DNA of 64,000 nucleotides from Solirubrobacterales bacterium (GTDB lineage Bacteria; Actinomycetota; Thermoleophilia; Solirubrobacterales; JACPNS01): NCBI GenBank assembly GCA_050696815.1, contig JBOGYW010000001.1, positions 325 to 64,324 of the forward strand, read 5' to 3'. Shown piece by piece: positions 9,148 to 19,044 of this stretch (position 1 is its first letter; each line of letters starts with the position of its first letter). The notes under the pieces were generated by a model. It saw only the letters and a program-made list of their open reading frames with translations, ran no database searches and was not told where the DNA came from. The position numbers and the translations under genes were made by a program.

Positions 9148-10450
9148 ATGTTGATGGTCCGCGACAGACCGTTGAACGATTCCACGCCCGGCGACGGGCC
9201 GGTGATCTACTGGATGAGCCGCGACCAGCGGGTGTTCGATAACTGGGGTCTTCTGCACGCGCAGGAGCTTGCGGAAGCGGCCGGGACGCACGTGCGGGTC
9301 GTCTTCTGTCTGCTTCCCCGCTGCGGTGCGGCGTCACGACGTAGCTACGACTTCATGCTCGGCGGGCTGAAAGAGGTGGAACGCGACCTCTTCGACCTCG
9401 GCATCCCCTTCGAGCTGCGTTTTGGTGATGTCCGCGATCAGCTTCACGACGCCGGAGCGGTCGTCTGCGACTTCTCGCCGCTACGGCCGTCGCGCGCGCG
9501 GCGCGAAGCACTCGCGGAATCGCTCGCCGTGCCGCTGATCGAGGTCGACTCACGCAACATCGTGCCGGCATGGCAGGCGGCCGACAAGCACGTCTACGCG
9601 GCGTTCCACCTGCGCAACCGCTACAAGGATCTGCTGCCGGAGTACCTCACCCAGATGCCGGACCCGGCGCCGCAGAGCGGCCTGCCGCCGAGCGCGTTCG
9701 TCAACACCGACTGGCAGGCGGCCGCCGAGTTCGTCGAGGCGGAGGCCTTCGGCCCGCCGGTCGAGTTCGTCCCCGGCGAAGCCGCGGCGCACGACGCATT
9801 GACGCGTTTCGTCGAGCAGCGACTGAACGGCTACGCCGAGAAGCGCGGCCTTCCGGACGACGACCACCAGTCAGGCCTCTCCCCCTACCTGCACTTCGGT
9901 CAGCTCTCGGTGCAGCGCGCGGTGCTCACGGTGCGCGCGAGCGGCGCGCCGCAGGCCGACATCGACGAGTTCATCGACGAGGCGGTCGTGTGGCGAGAGC
10001 TGTCGGACAACTTCTGCTGGTTCGAGCCGGGCTACGCGAGCTTCGACGGCTTCCCGAACTGGGCGCGCGAGACGCTGACGGCCCACGCCGGCGATGCACG
10101 CGAGATCGTTTACTCGCTCGCCGACTTCGAAGCCGCCGCGACACATGACGAGCTGTGGAACGCGGCCCAGATCGAGATGATCGAGACCGGCAAGATGCAC
10201 AACTACCTGCGGATGTACTGGGCGAAGAAGATTCTCGAGTGGAGCGAGTCGCCGGCCGAGGCGGTGCGTATCGCGGTGCTGCTCAACGATCGCTACGAGC
10301 TGGACGGACGCGACAGCAACGGCTACGCGGGGATCGCGTGGTCGATCGGTGGTGTGCACGACCGGGCCTGGCAGGAGCGCCCCGTCTACGGAAAGATTCG
10401 CTACATGAACTACAACGGGGCGAAGCGCAAATTTGATGTCGAGGCGTACA

Positions 10451-10473
<23 letters not shown>
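9148..10473 (+). CDS. phr: Deoxyribodipyrimidine photolyase, class II type
   Basis: 441 aa. N-terminal alpha/beta region ([22 protein letters not shown]) and FAD-binding C-terminal motifs ([52 protein letters not shown]) characteristic of class II CPD photolyases. Confidence 0.85.
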
Positions 10474-11475
<1,002 letters not shown>

Positions 11476-11479
<4 letters not shown>

Positions 11480-12054
11480 GCCGCCGCCCCGCGCAGCGCC
11501 GCCGAAATCAGCTCTTCAGGCGTCTCGCCCTCAGCGGACGCGACCATGCCTTCGGCTTCGGCGAGCGAGTAGCCAAGTCCGAGCAGCGCGTCGCGCGCGA
11601 TCGCGGCAGGATGGTCGGGCGCGGCAGCGCGCGTCACGACCGGCACCCCGGAAGGCACGATCTTGTCTTTCAGCTCAACGACAAGCCGCTCGGCCGTGCG
11701 CTTGCCGATGCCGGAAATCTTCTGAAAACGGGCGTGGTCGCCGGCGACCAACGAGGTCTCGACCTCCGGCACGGACATCCCGGTCAGCACCGCCAGCGCG
11801 ACCTTCGGCCCGACGCCGCTGACGCTTGTAAGCAGCGTGAACAGCTCGCGCTCGGCCGCGTCGGCAAAGCCGTAGAGCTGCATCGCCTCCTCGCGCACGA
11901 CGAGCTCGGTGTGCAGCGTCGTTCGCGCGCCGACCTGCGGCACGGCGTCGAGGGTGTGGCCGGAGACGTTGAGCAGGTAGCCGACGCCCGCCGCCTCCAC
12001 CACGACGTGGTCGAGCGATTTGCGCAGCACTTCGCCGGAGATCGACGCGATCAC
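11476..12054 (-). CDS. ruvA: Holliday junction DNA-binding protein RuvA
   Basis: 192 aa. MIASISGEV... OB-fold N-terminus and HhH motifs ([29 protein letters not shown]). 4-nt overlaps with both ruvC and ruvB. Confidence 0.95.
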
Positions 12055-12548
12055 GACGCCGCCCCCACCGCCGCGGCCATCGGCGCAGCGTTGGCGTGGC
12101 AGATGCCGACCGCCAGCGCGTCGGCGGCGTGGTCAGGCGGCAGCGGCCCTTCGAGTCCGAGCAGCGCGGTGACCATCCGCTGAACTTGTTCTTTGCCTGC
12201 GCCGCCGGCGCCGCAGACCGCAAGCTTGATCTGCTGCGGCGTGTACGAGGCCACCGGTAGATCACGGGCACCCGCCTCGGCGAGGATCGCGCCCCGGGCT
12301 TGGCCGACGAGGAACGCCGTCTCGGCGTTCTTGCCGAAGTAGATCGATTCGATCGCCATCGCATCGGGCCGGTACCGGTCGATCAGCTCGCCGACCCGCG
12401 TGGAGATCGCCGCGAGCCGCAGCTCAAGCGGAGTTTCGTTGTGGGTGACGATCACGCCGCCGTCGTGCGCCAGCGACTGCCCGCCGCGCGTCTCGACGAT
12501 CCCAAAGCCTGTATTCGAAATACCTGGATCAATCCCGATGACAATCAC
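12051..12548 (-). CDS. ruvC: Crossover junction endodeoxyribonuclease RuvC
   Basis: 165 aa. MIVIGIDPGISNTGFGIV (catalytic Asp), AIESIYFGKN (catalytic Glu) and C-terminal HAADALAVGICH. Confidence 0.95.
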   Translation of the reverse strand: MIVIGIDPGISNTGFGIVETRGGQSLAHDGGVIVTHNETPLELRLAAISTRVGELIDRYRPDAMAIESIYFGKNAETAFLVGQARGAILAEAGARDLPVASYTPQQIKLAVCGAGGAGKEQVQRMVTALLGLEGPLPPDHAADALAVGICHANAAPMAAAVGAAS

Positions 12549-12579
12549 GCAAACCTATTCCCGATACGAACGCATGTTC

Positions 12580-12768
12580 CTACTCGGGCATTTTGCGAGA
12601 GCCGCCGGATGGCTTGTGGCCGGCACAGTCCTGGATCGGCGCGCGCGGATACTTCGGATATCGCTCGTCGGTCTTCGACAGCGTGCACATCAGAAACACC
12701 GACCCGCGAGTGTTGCGGATCAGCTTCGCGTGGGTGCAGTCGTCGCAGAGCCCGAATCGCTTCATCAT
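12580..12768 (-). CDS. Small 4-Cys (putative zinc-binding) conserved hypothetical protein
   Basis: The track ORF is 12580..12798. I prefer the tandem ATG ATG at 12768 (MMKRFGLCDDCTHAKLIRNTRGSVFLMCTLSKTDERYPKYPRAPIQDCAGHKP), which avoids overlap with the yebC start. C-x2-C ... C ... C pattern. It lies 31 nt upstream of ruvC on the same strand. Confidence 0.5.
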   Translation of the reverse strand: MMKRFGLCDDCTHAKLIRNTRGSVFLMCTLSKTDERYPKYPRAPIQDCAGHKPSGGSRKMPE

Positions 12769-12786
12769 TCGTAAACTACTCGGGAA

Positions 12787-13536
12787 ATGTCGGGGCATTC
12801 AAAATGGTCGTCGATCAAGCACAAGAAGGGGGCTGCGGACGCGAAGCGCGGCGCGCAGTTCACCAAGCTTGCGCGCGCGATTCAGATCGCCGCGCGTGAC
12901 GGCGCAGACCCAAAGGGCAACGCCGGCCTCGCCCTGGCGGTCCAGAAAGCCAAGGACGCCTCGATGCCGAAGGACAACATCGAGCGTGCGATCGCCAAGG
13001 GTGCCGGACTCGACAAAGACGCCGACGCGATCGAAGAGGTCACGTACGAGGGCTACGGCCCCGCCGGCGTGGCACTCCTGATCCACTGTCTGACCGACAA
13101 CCGCAACCGCACCGGTTCCGATGTGCGCAGCATCCTCTCGAAGAACGGCGGCAGCCTCGGCGAGCCCGGCTCGGTCGCCTACGTCTTCGACAAGAAGGGC
13201 GTCGTGGTCGTCGACGGCGAGAAGTACAGCGAGGACGACGTGTTCGTCGCGATCGACGCCGGCGCCGAGGACATCGTTGCCGACGGCGAACTGATCGAGG
13301 TGATCAGCGAACCGCACGACTTCGCCGCCGTTCGCGCCGCTCTGGAAGCGGCCGGCATCGAGCTGCAGCGCTCAGACCTTGTGCAGCGCCCGAAGAACAC
13401 TGTGATGCTGGAGGACAGCGACGCCGCGCGGCTCTTCCGCCTGATCGACCTGCTGGAAGAGAACGACGACGTCAGTGACGTCGCCGCAAACTTCGAAGTG
13501 TCCGACGCGGCGCTCGAAGCGCTCGCCGCCGAATAA
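12787..13536 (+). CDS. yebC: YebC/PmpR-family DNA-binding transcriptional regulator
   Basis: 249 aa with the hallmark N-terminus MSGHSKWSSIKHKKGAADAKRG, then YEGYGPAGVALLIHCLTDNRNRT. Confidence 0.95.
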   Translation: MSGHSKWSSIKHKKGAADAKRGAQFTKLARAIQIAARDGADPKGNAGLALAVQKAKDASMPKDNIERAIAKGAGLDKDADAIEEVTYEGYGPAGVALLIHCLTDNRNRTGSDVRSILSKNGGSLGEPGSVAYVFDKKGVVVVDGEKYSEDDVFVAIDAGAEDIVADGELIEVISEPHDFAAVRAALEAAGIELQRSDLVQRPKNTVMLEDSDAARLFRLIDLLEENDDVSDVAANFEVSDAALEALAAE

Positions 13537-13543
13537 GCGAAAA

Positions 13544-13617
13544 CGCGGCCCCCGGGGTCTCATCCGGGAACCGCGCTTCGGTACAACCGTGAACTAGTTC
13601 GTCTGGGCAGACGTTTT
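13544..13617 (+). terminator. Candidate terminator region in the convergent gap after yebC (two hairpins)
   Basis: Hairpin 1: CGCGG-CC-CCCGG / loop GGTCTCAT / CCGGG-AA-CCGCG (13544-13575). Hairpin 2: CGTCT-GGGC-AGACG followed by TTTT (13600-13617). Read in the other direction, hairpin 2 is preceded by AAAA, so it could act bidirectionally. Confidence 0.35.
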
Positions 13618-13708
13618 CGGAGCTTCTTCAGTCCTGCGTTCGCGTGCGGGGTGTCTGTGTGGGGCGAACATCTGGACTTGGCTCAGTCAGAGCTCCGCGG
13701 GGAGTTCA

Positions 13709-14431
13709 CTAGCTGCTTACCGCTTTCTTCTGGGCGGCAAGTTTCTTCTGCACCTTGATGCAGCGGACGTAGCGCTTGTGTGCGCGGACGCGGTTGCTGC
13801 GCTTCGTGAAGTGCTTGCGCAGCTTCCTCTTCAGCTTCGTGCAGCGCGCGCTCTGCTTCTTCAGCGCGGCGGCAACAGCGGCCTGCTGAGCAGCGTTTGA
13901 ACCGTTTGCTCCGTTGGAGCCGTTCGAACCGTTGGAGCCGTTCGAGCCGCCTCCGGACGAACCGGTCGCGCCGGTCGAACCGATCGACGTGCCGCCGAGG
14001 TCGACGTTGAACGTCAGGTTGCGAGGGTCGGTCTCAACCGTGATCGGCCCCGGGTCGACGCAGATCCCGAGAATGCATACAGGCGTACCGCCGAGCAGCT
14101 GCACGACGGCCTTGACCTTGTAGTCGTGAGATCCCGCCGACAGGCCGACCAATTGGTCGGGCGACGAGCATACGGTGAACGGCGCACCATCCAGGCTGCA
14201 CAGATAGTTGAGAACACTTCCACCGGATAGGGCACCGGCGAGGTCGAAGCCGACGTCGACGTTGTCGACATTCAGCACCTGACCGTCGGTGAGACCGGAG
14301 ATGATGTTCGGTGCCGGCAGTGACGGCAGCGTGGTTGCACTCGCCTGTGAAGTGAATGCCAACGCGAAAACGCTCGCGAGGGCTACGAGAAGCGTCAACT
14401 TCTTGATCGGGGAATTGGTCTGAGTGTGCAT
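13709..14431 (-). CDS. Secreted protein with one Cys-pair Ig-like module, a (G-S-N) repeat and a highly basic Lys/Arg tail
   Basis: Start set at ATG 14431 (MHTQTNSPIKKLTLLVALASVFALAFTSQASA, a signal peptide), preceded by GGAGG. Contains CSLDGAPFTVCSSPDQLVGLSAGSHDYKV, the same motif as the giant protein modules, then GSNGSNGSNGSNGANGSN and a C-terminal KKQSARCTKLKRKLRKHFTKRSNRVRAHKRYVRCIKVQKKLAAQKK. Confidence 0.7.
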   Translation of the reverse strand: MHTQTNSPIKKLTLLVALASVFALAFTSQASATTLPSLPAPNIISGLTDGQVLNVDNVDVGFDLAGALSGGSVLNYLCSLDGAPFTVCSSPDQLVGLSAGSHDYKVKAVVQLLGGTPVCILGICVDPGPITVETDPRNLTFNVDLGGTSIGSTGATGSSGGGSNGSNGSNGSNGANGSNAAQQAAVAAALKKQSARCTKLKRKLRKHFTKRSNRVRAHKRYVRCIKVQKKLAAQKKAVSS

Positions 14432-14568
14432 TGTGCACAGCCTCCTTGCATCGCTCTTATGGCCAAAGTCCATTGACCTGTGCGAAGACTTTGAGCGCTA
14501 CCAAGAAATCGGGGGAATCCTAAGTAGTGCGTACCTGCCAAATCGCACGTTCTGGGTAAGGTACGGAT

Positions 14569-14597
14569 CTAATACCCACTCGGACTACCTAATCCAA
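14569..14597 (-). promoter_or_regulatory. Candidate sigma-70-like promoter for the secreted-protein gene
   Basis: In the most AT-rich intergenic stretch of the window. The minus strand reads TTGGAT, 17 nt, TATTAG, about 130 nt upstream of ATG 14431. Pattern match only. Confidence 0.25.
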
Positions 14598-14664
14598 GTT
14601 AAATACGACAGATGTTTATGTAAAACCAGCCTTACTAATCAGTAGGCGGGGTTTGCTGAGACGC

Positions 14665-15492
14665 TTAAGCGGTTTTGCTCATCTGCTTTGCCGTTTTTAT
14701 CTGACGCGCGGCGAGCATGCCGGAAATGCGGATCGCGATCCGCGGGGTCAGCTTGTAGCCCCAGATCAGCGGCTTCGCGTAAAACGGCAGCGTGACGATG
14801 CGCTTCTTCTTGACGACGCCGTCGAGCAGCTGCTTGACGCCCTTTTCGAGCGGCACGATCATCGGCAGATTGGCGCGGAAAACCTCTTCGTTGAAGTCGC
14901 CGGTGGTGCGCGAGGCGGCGTAGATGCCGGATTCGATGAACCCCGGGCAGAGCGCGGTCACATTGACCCCCTTCGCCTGCGCCTCGACGCGCAGCGAATC
15001 ACTGAGCCCGACGACGCCGAATTTGACGGTGCTGTACGGCGCGAGCAGCGGAGACGGCACGAGTCCGGCCAGCGAGGCGGTGTTGACGATGTGACCGTGG
15101 CCTTGCTTGACCATCTGCTTGTAAGCGGCCGAGGTGCCGTAGACGACGCCCTTGAGGTTGATGTCGATGATCTCGTCCCAGTTCTCGATCGGGATCTCCT
15201 CGACAAGCCCTTGGGTGGCGATACCGGCGTTGTTGAAGATGTAGTCGAGCCTGCCGTGCTTGGCGACGGTCGCGTCAACGAGTGCGACGACGGCGGCGCT
15301 GTCGGTCACGTCCAGTTGGTGCGCCTCGGCTTTGTCGAATGGTTCAACCGTCTTCTCTGCGCCCTCGACGTTGATGTCGGCCGCGACGACGGTGCCGCCG
15401 GCCTTGGCGATCTCGGTCGCAAACCCCTGCCCCAAACCAGACGCGGCGCCGGTCACGATCGCGACCTTGCCGTTGAAGACCTCGTAGCTCAC
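14665..15492 (-). CDS. Short-chain dehydrogenase/reductase (SDR) family oxidoreductase
   Basis: 275 aa. Cofactor-binding motif VAIVTGAASGLGQG, NNAG, and catalytic Y-x3-K (YSTVKFGVVG). Confidence 0.9.
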   Translation of the reverse strand: MSYEVFNGKVAIVTGAASGLGQGFATEIAKAGGTVVAADINVEGAEKTVEPFDKAEAHQLDVTDSAAVVALVDATVAKHGRLDYIFNNAGIATQGLVEEIPIENWDEIIDINLKGVVYGTSAAYKQMVKQGHGHIVNTASLAGLVPSPLLAPYSTVKFGVVGLSDSLRVEAQAKGVNVTALCPGFIESGIYAASRTTGDFNEEVFRANLPMIVPLEKGVKQLLDGVVKKKRIVTLPFYAKPLIWGYKLTPRIAIRISGMLAARQIKTAKQMSKTA

Positions 15493-15510
15493 GGCCGGGA
15501 GGCTAGCCCG

Positions 15511-16614
15511 TCAGACGACGAACTGACCGTCTTTCGAGAGCAACTCGCCGTCGACGGTGATCGTGCCGCCGTTGCGCAGGTCGCAGACCATGTCCCAGTG
15601 GATCGCCGAGTCGTTGACGCCGCCGGTCTCCGGGTAGCTCATGCCGACCGCCATGTGGATCGTGCCGCCGATCTTCTCGTCGAGCAGGATCTCTTTGGTG
15701 CCGGTGGTGATGCCGTAGTTGGTGCCGATGCCGAGCTCGCCCAGGCGGCGCGCGCCTTCGTCGGTGTCGAGCATCTTCAGCAGGAAGTCCTCACCGACGT
15801 CGGCCGAGGCGTCGACGATCTTTCCGGCCTCGAACTTGAACTTCACGCCGCTGACCTCGCGGCCTGCGTAGGTGGCCGGGAAGCTGAACGCGACCTCGCC
15901 TTCCACGCTGTCCTCGATCGGGCCGGTGAAGAACTCGCCGTCGGGCATGTTGTGGGTGCCGACGCAGGGGATGAACTTGCGGCCGGCGATGCCGAGCTTG
16001 ATGTCCGTGCCCGGTGCCTGGATGTGCACTTCTTCCTTGCCCTCCATCCACTCGGCGAGGCGCTTGACCATGTCGCTTTGGCGCTGCCACGCCGTCAGGG
16101 GATCCGGGTCGGTCGCAAGACAGGCGCCGTAGAAGAAGTCCTCGTACTCGGCCAGCGACAGGCCTGCTTCGGCGGCGTAGGCGTTGGTTGGGAAGAGCGT
16201 GAGCGACCAGCGGTAGTCCCCCTCGGCCGAACGTTGCATCGAGGCATCCATCAGTGGCTTCCTCGCTTGGCTGACGATCGCCTGCTTCTCCGGGTCGACG
16301 TTCGAGAGCGCGCGGGTGTTGGTGTCGGCCATGATCGCGATCCGCGTGTCGACGTTCTCGGCTATCCACTGCGCAGTCGGTGGTATCCACTTGAGCTGCT
16401 CGTCGTTGGCGTACTTATAGAACGCCGGCGCTCCCTCTTCCAGCGCGAGCTGCACGATCGGCAGGCCGCCGGCCTTCAAGACCTCTTCGTAGACGGCCTG
16501 CACCAACGGCACGGCCGCGACCTCTGACTGAATCACACACGTCTCCCCCGGTTTGACACCGGTCGAGTAGTTCACGAGGATCTGGGCCAGGGCGTCTACG
16601 CGGGGGTCTCTCAT
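15511..16614 (-). CDS. Aminopeptidase, M29 (AmpS/PepS thermophilic metalloprotease) family
   Basis: 367 aa. N-terminus MRDPRVDALAQILVNYSTGVKPGE, then GTHNMPDGEFFTGP, LGELGIGTNYGI and IHWDMV motifs typical of M29 aminopeptidases. Confidence 0.88.
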   Translation of the reverse strand: MRDPRVDALAQILVNYSTGVKPGETCVIQSEVAAVPLVQAVYEEVLKAGGLPIVQLALEEGAPAFYKYANDEQLKWIPPTAQWIAENVDTRIAIMADTNTRALSNVDPEKQAIVSQARKPLMDASMQRSAEGDYRWSLTLFPTNAYAAEAGLSLAEYEDFFYGACLATDPDPLTAWQRQSDMVKRLAEWMEGKEEVHIQAPGTDIKLGIAGRKFIPCVGTHNMPDGEFFTGPIEDSVEGEVAFSFPATYAGREVSGVKFKFEAGKIVDASADVGEDFLLKMLDTDEGARRLGELGIGTNYGITTGTKEILLDEKIGGTIHMAVGMSYPETGGVNDSAIHWDMVCDLRNGGTITVDGELLSKDGQFVV

Positions 16615-17180
16615 GCGGCTCTCCGTTTCAGGGTTGTGACGTTTGTCTGCAGGAACATACGGTGGATCTTGTCGTCGTGCGTCAGCTCAGGATGAAACGT
16701 CATCGCCAGGATGTTGTCCTGCCGCACCATCACCGGACTATCCAGTTCGGCAAGCACCTCGACGTCGCCTACGCGCGTGATCCGCGGGGCGCGAATGAAC
16801 ACGCCGCGAAAGCCACCGTTCAAACCGGGCACCGCGAGGTCGGCCTCAAAGCTCTTGATCTGACTGCCGTAGGCGTTGCGGTCACAAGCAACGTCGAGCA
16901 GACCCAAGTGCGTGTCGTCGAGAATGATCGTTCCCGCGCAAGTAGCCATCACCGGCGCGCCGCTGCGGACGAACTCAGCCAACGGCTCGGCAAGCCCCTC
17001 GCGTTCGATGCCAAGCATCATCGTCGTCGACTCGCCGCCCGGCAGAACCAAAGCGTCTAGTCCAGCCAGGTCTTCCGGCACGCGAACTTCGCGTACGTCG
17101 GCGCCGATCGAGCGCAGGACTGCAGCGTGGGCGGCGAAGCCGCCCTGCAGTGCAAGTACTCCGACCCGGCTACCGGCCAC
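16611..17180 (-). CDS. pdxT: Pyridoxal 5'-phosphate synthase glutaminase subunit PdxT
   Basis: 189 aa. VGVLALQGGF, catalytic Cys in MATCAGTIIL, and FHPELT. 4-nt overlap with the aminopeptidase gene; directly downstream of pdxS. Confidence 0.95.
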   Translation of the reverse strand: MAGSRVGVLALQGGFAAHAAVLRSIGADVREVRVPEDLAGLDALVLPGGESTTMMLGIEREGLAEPLAEFVRSGAPVMATCAGTIILDDTHLGLLDVACDRNAYGSQIKSFEADLAVPGLNGGFRGVFIRAPRITRVGDVEVLAELDSPVMVRQDNILAMTFHPELTHDDKIHRMFLQTNVTTLKRRAA

Positions 17181-17183
17181 GCG

Positions 17184-18077
17184 CTACCAACCGCGATTCG
17201 CCAGCAGCTCCGACTCGTCGAGCTTGCGGCTCTCGATGCTGTCCATCGCGCCGCCCAGCCCGATCGACGCGTGCAACACGCGCTCAGGGTCGGCGAAGTG
17301 GGTTGTCGCCTCGACGATCGCGCGGGCCCGCTTTGCCGGGTCCTCGCTTTTGAAGATTCCGGAGCCGACGAACACGCCTTCGGCGCCGAGCTGCATCATC
17401 AGCGACGCGTCGGCCGGGGTCGCGATGCCTCCGGCGCAGAACAGCACGACCGGCAGCTTGCCGTTCTCAGCAACGCCGCGGACGATCTCGAGCGGCGCCT
17501 GCAGGTTCTTGGCGGCGGTCGCGAGCTCTTCCGGGTCGAGTGTCTGAAGCTTTTTGATGTCGCCGCGGATCTGGCGCATGTGGCGCACGGCCTCGACGAT
17601 GTCGCCGGTGCCCGCCTCACCCTTCGAGCGGATCATCGCGGCGCCCTCGCCGATCCGGCGCAGCGCCTCGCCGAGGTTGGTCGCGCCGCAGACGAAGGGA
17701 ATCTTGAACGCCCACTTGTCGATGTGGTTGGCCTCGTCGGCCGGCGTCAGAACCTCGGACTCGTCGATGTAGTCGATGTCGAGCGCCTCGAGCACCTGCG
17801 CCTCGGCGAAGTGGCCAATGCGCGCCTTCGCCATCACCGGAATCGAGACGGCGGCCTTGATGCCCTTGATCATGTCCGGGTCGCTCATCCGCGCCACACC
17901 GCCGTCACGGCGGATGTCGGACGGGACGCGCTCGAGCGCCATCACGGCCGCGGCGCCCGCGTCCTCGGCGATCTTCGCCTCGTCGGCGGTTACGACGTCC
18001 ATGATCACGCCGCCCTTGAGCATCTCTGCAAGGCCGGCCTTTACGCGAAAGGTTGCTTCATCCGGTTGAGGTGTCAT
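17184..18077 (-). CDS. pdxS: Pyridoxal 5'-phosphate synthase lyase subunit PdxS
   Basis: 297 aa. [55 protein letters not shown] and [11 protein letters not shown] are highly conserved PdxS motifs. Confidence 0.97.
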   Translation of the reverse strand: MTPQPDEATFRVKAGLAEMLKGGVIMDVVTADEAKIAEDAGAAAVMALERVPSDIRRDGGVARMSDPDMIKGIKAAVSIPVMAKARIGHFAEAQVLEALDIDYIDESEVLTPADEANHIDKWAFKIPFVCGATNLGEALRRIGEGAAMIRSKGEAGTGDIVEAVRHMRQIRGDIKKLQTLDPEELATAAKNLQAPLEIVRGVAENGKLPVVLFCAGGIATPADASLMMQLGAEGVFVGSGIFKSEDPAKRARAIVEATTHFADPERVLHASIGLGGAMDSIESRKLDESELLANRGW

Positions 18078-18117
18078 GTGGCTGATCTTAGTGCGCGTCT
18101 GTGTTTGACTTGGCTAC

Positions 18118-19044
18118 GTGAAAGCGATCTACGCCGAGCAGTACGGCGGGCCGGAGAATCTGATCTACGGCGACCGCCCCGACCCGAAGTTCAACCAGGA
18201 CAGCATGGTCCTGAAGGTGCTCGCGGCGAGCATCAATCCGGTCGACTACAAGATCCTCCAGGGCTACATGGACGCGCGCCTGCCGGTGATCTTCCCACTG
18301 ATCACCGGCTGGGACGTGTGCGGCGAGATCGTCGAGCTGGGCCCGGCCGTCTACGACTATGAGGTTGGCCAACGCGTGGTGGCTTACGCGCGCAAGGACT
18401 TTGTCGGCCATGGAACGTGGGCCGAGTACGTCTCCGTTCCCGAGCGCGGAGTGGCGCCGGCGCCGGAAAGTGTCGACGCAGTTCATGCATCGGCGCTGCC
18501 GCTCGCCGGACTGACGGCGTTTCAGGCTTTGACCGGCAAGCTCGAAGTCGGTCCCGGACAGCAGGTCGTGATCAACGGCGCCGCGGGCGGGGTCGGCAGC
18601 TACGCGGTGCAGATCGCGCGGGCGCTCGGCGCCGAAGTGATCGGCACCGGCAGCGAGGGCAGCTACAACCGAATCCGTGAGCTCGGCGCCACGCCGGCGC
18701 CCTACGGCGAGCACTTCGCCGAAGCTGTGCGCGAGATCGCGCCCGACGGCGTGCATGCCGTGTTCGACCTCTACGGCGGCGAAGGACTCGACGACGCCAA
18801 GCGCGTGCTCAACTCGCGGGGCCGCGTCGCGACGATCGGTTTGCCCGCCGACGCCAAACAACATGGTGCGATGTATGTGTTCGTCAAGCCGAACGGTCCG
18901 CAGCTGCGCGAACTGGTCGCGATGGTCGACGACAACAAGCTACGAATCGACGTCGCGGACACGTTTGCGCTGCGCGACGCAGCAGACGCCGTCCGCCGGG
19001 CCGAGCAGAAGCACACGCACGGCAAGCTCGTGCTTGCGCCCTAG
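18118..19044 (+). CDS. NADPH:quinone oxidoreductase-like medium-chain dehydrogenase/reductase (zeta-crystallin family)
   Basis: 308 aa with a GTG start. MDR fold with the nucleotide-binding motif VINGAAGGVGSYAVQIA. Its TAG stop overlaps the stop of the convergent Tc gene (sequence CTAG at 19041-19044). Confidence 0.85.
   Translation: MKAIYAEQYGGPENLIYGDRPDPKFNQDSMVLKVLAASINPVDYKILQGYMDARLPVIFPLITGWDVCGEIVELGPAVYDYEVGQRVVAYARKDFVGHGTWAEYVSVPERGVAPAPESVDAVHASALPLAGLTAFQALTGKLEVGPGQQVVINGAAGGVGSYAVQIARALGAEVIGTGSEGSYNRIRELGATPAPYGEHFAEAVREIAPDGVHAVFDLYGGEGLDDAKRVLNSRGRVATIGLPADAKQHGAMYVFVKPNGPQLRELVAMVDDNKLRIDVADTFALRDAADAVRRAEQKHTHGKLVLAP

Noticed and set aside
14474-14664. An AT-rich ~190-bp intergenic stretch, examined for a riboswitch or sRNA.
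   Set aside because: I recognise no conserved riboswitch core or stable terminator-like structure. It is best explained as the promoter and 5'-UTR of the secreted-protein gene; the candidate -35/-10 is listed with low confidence.
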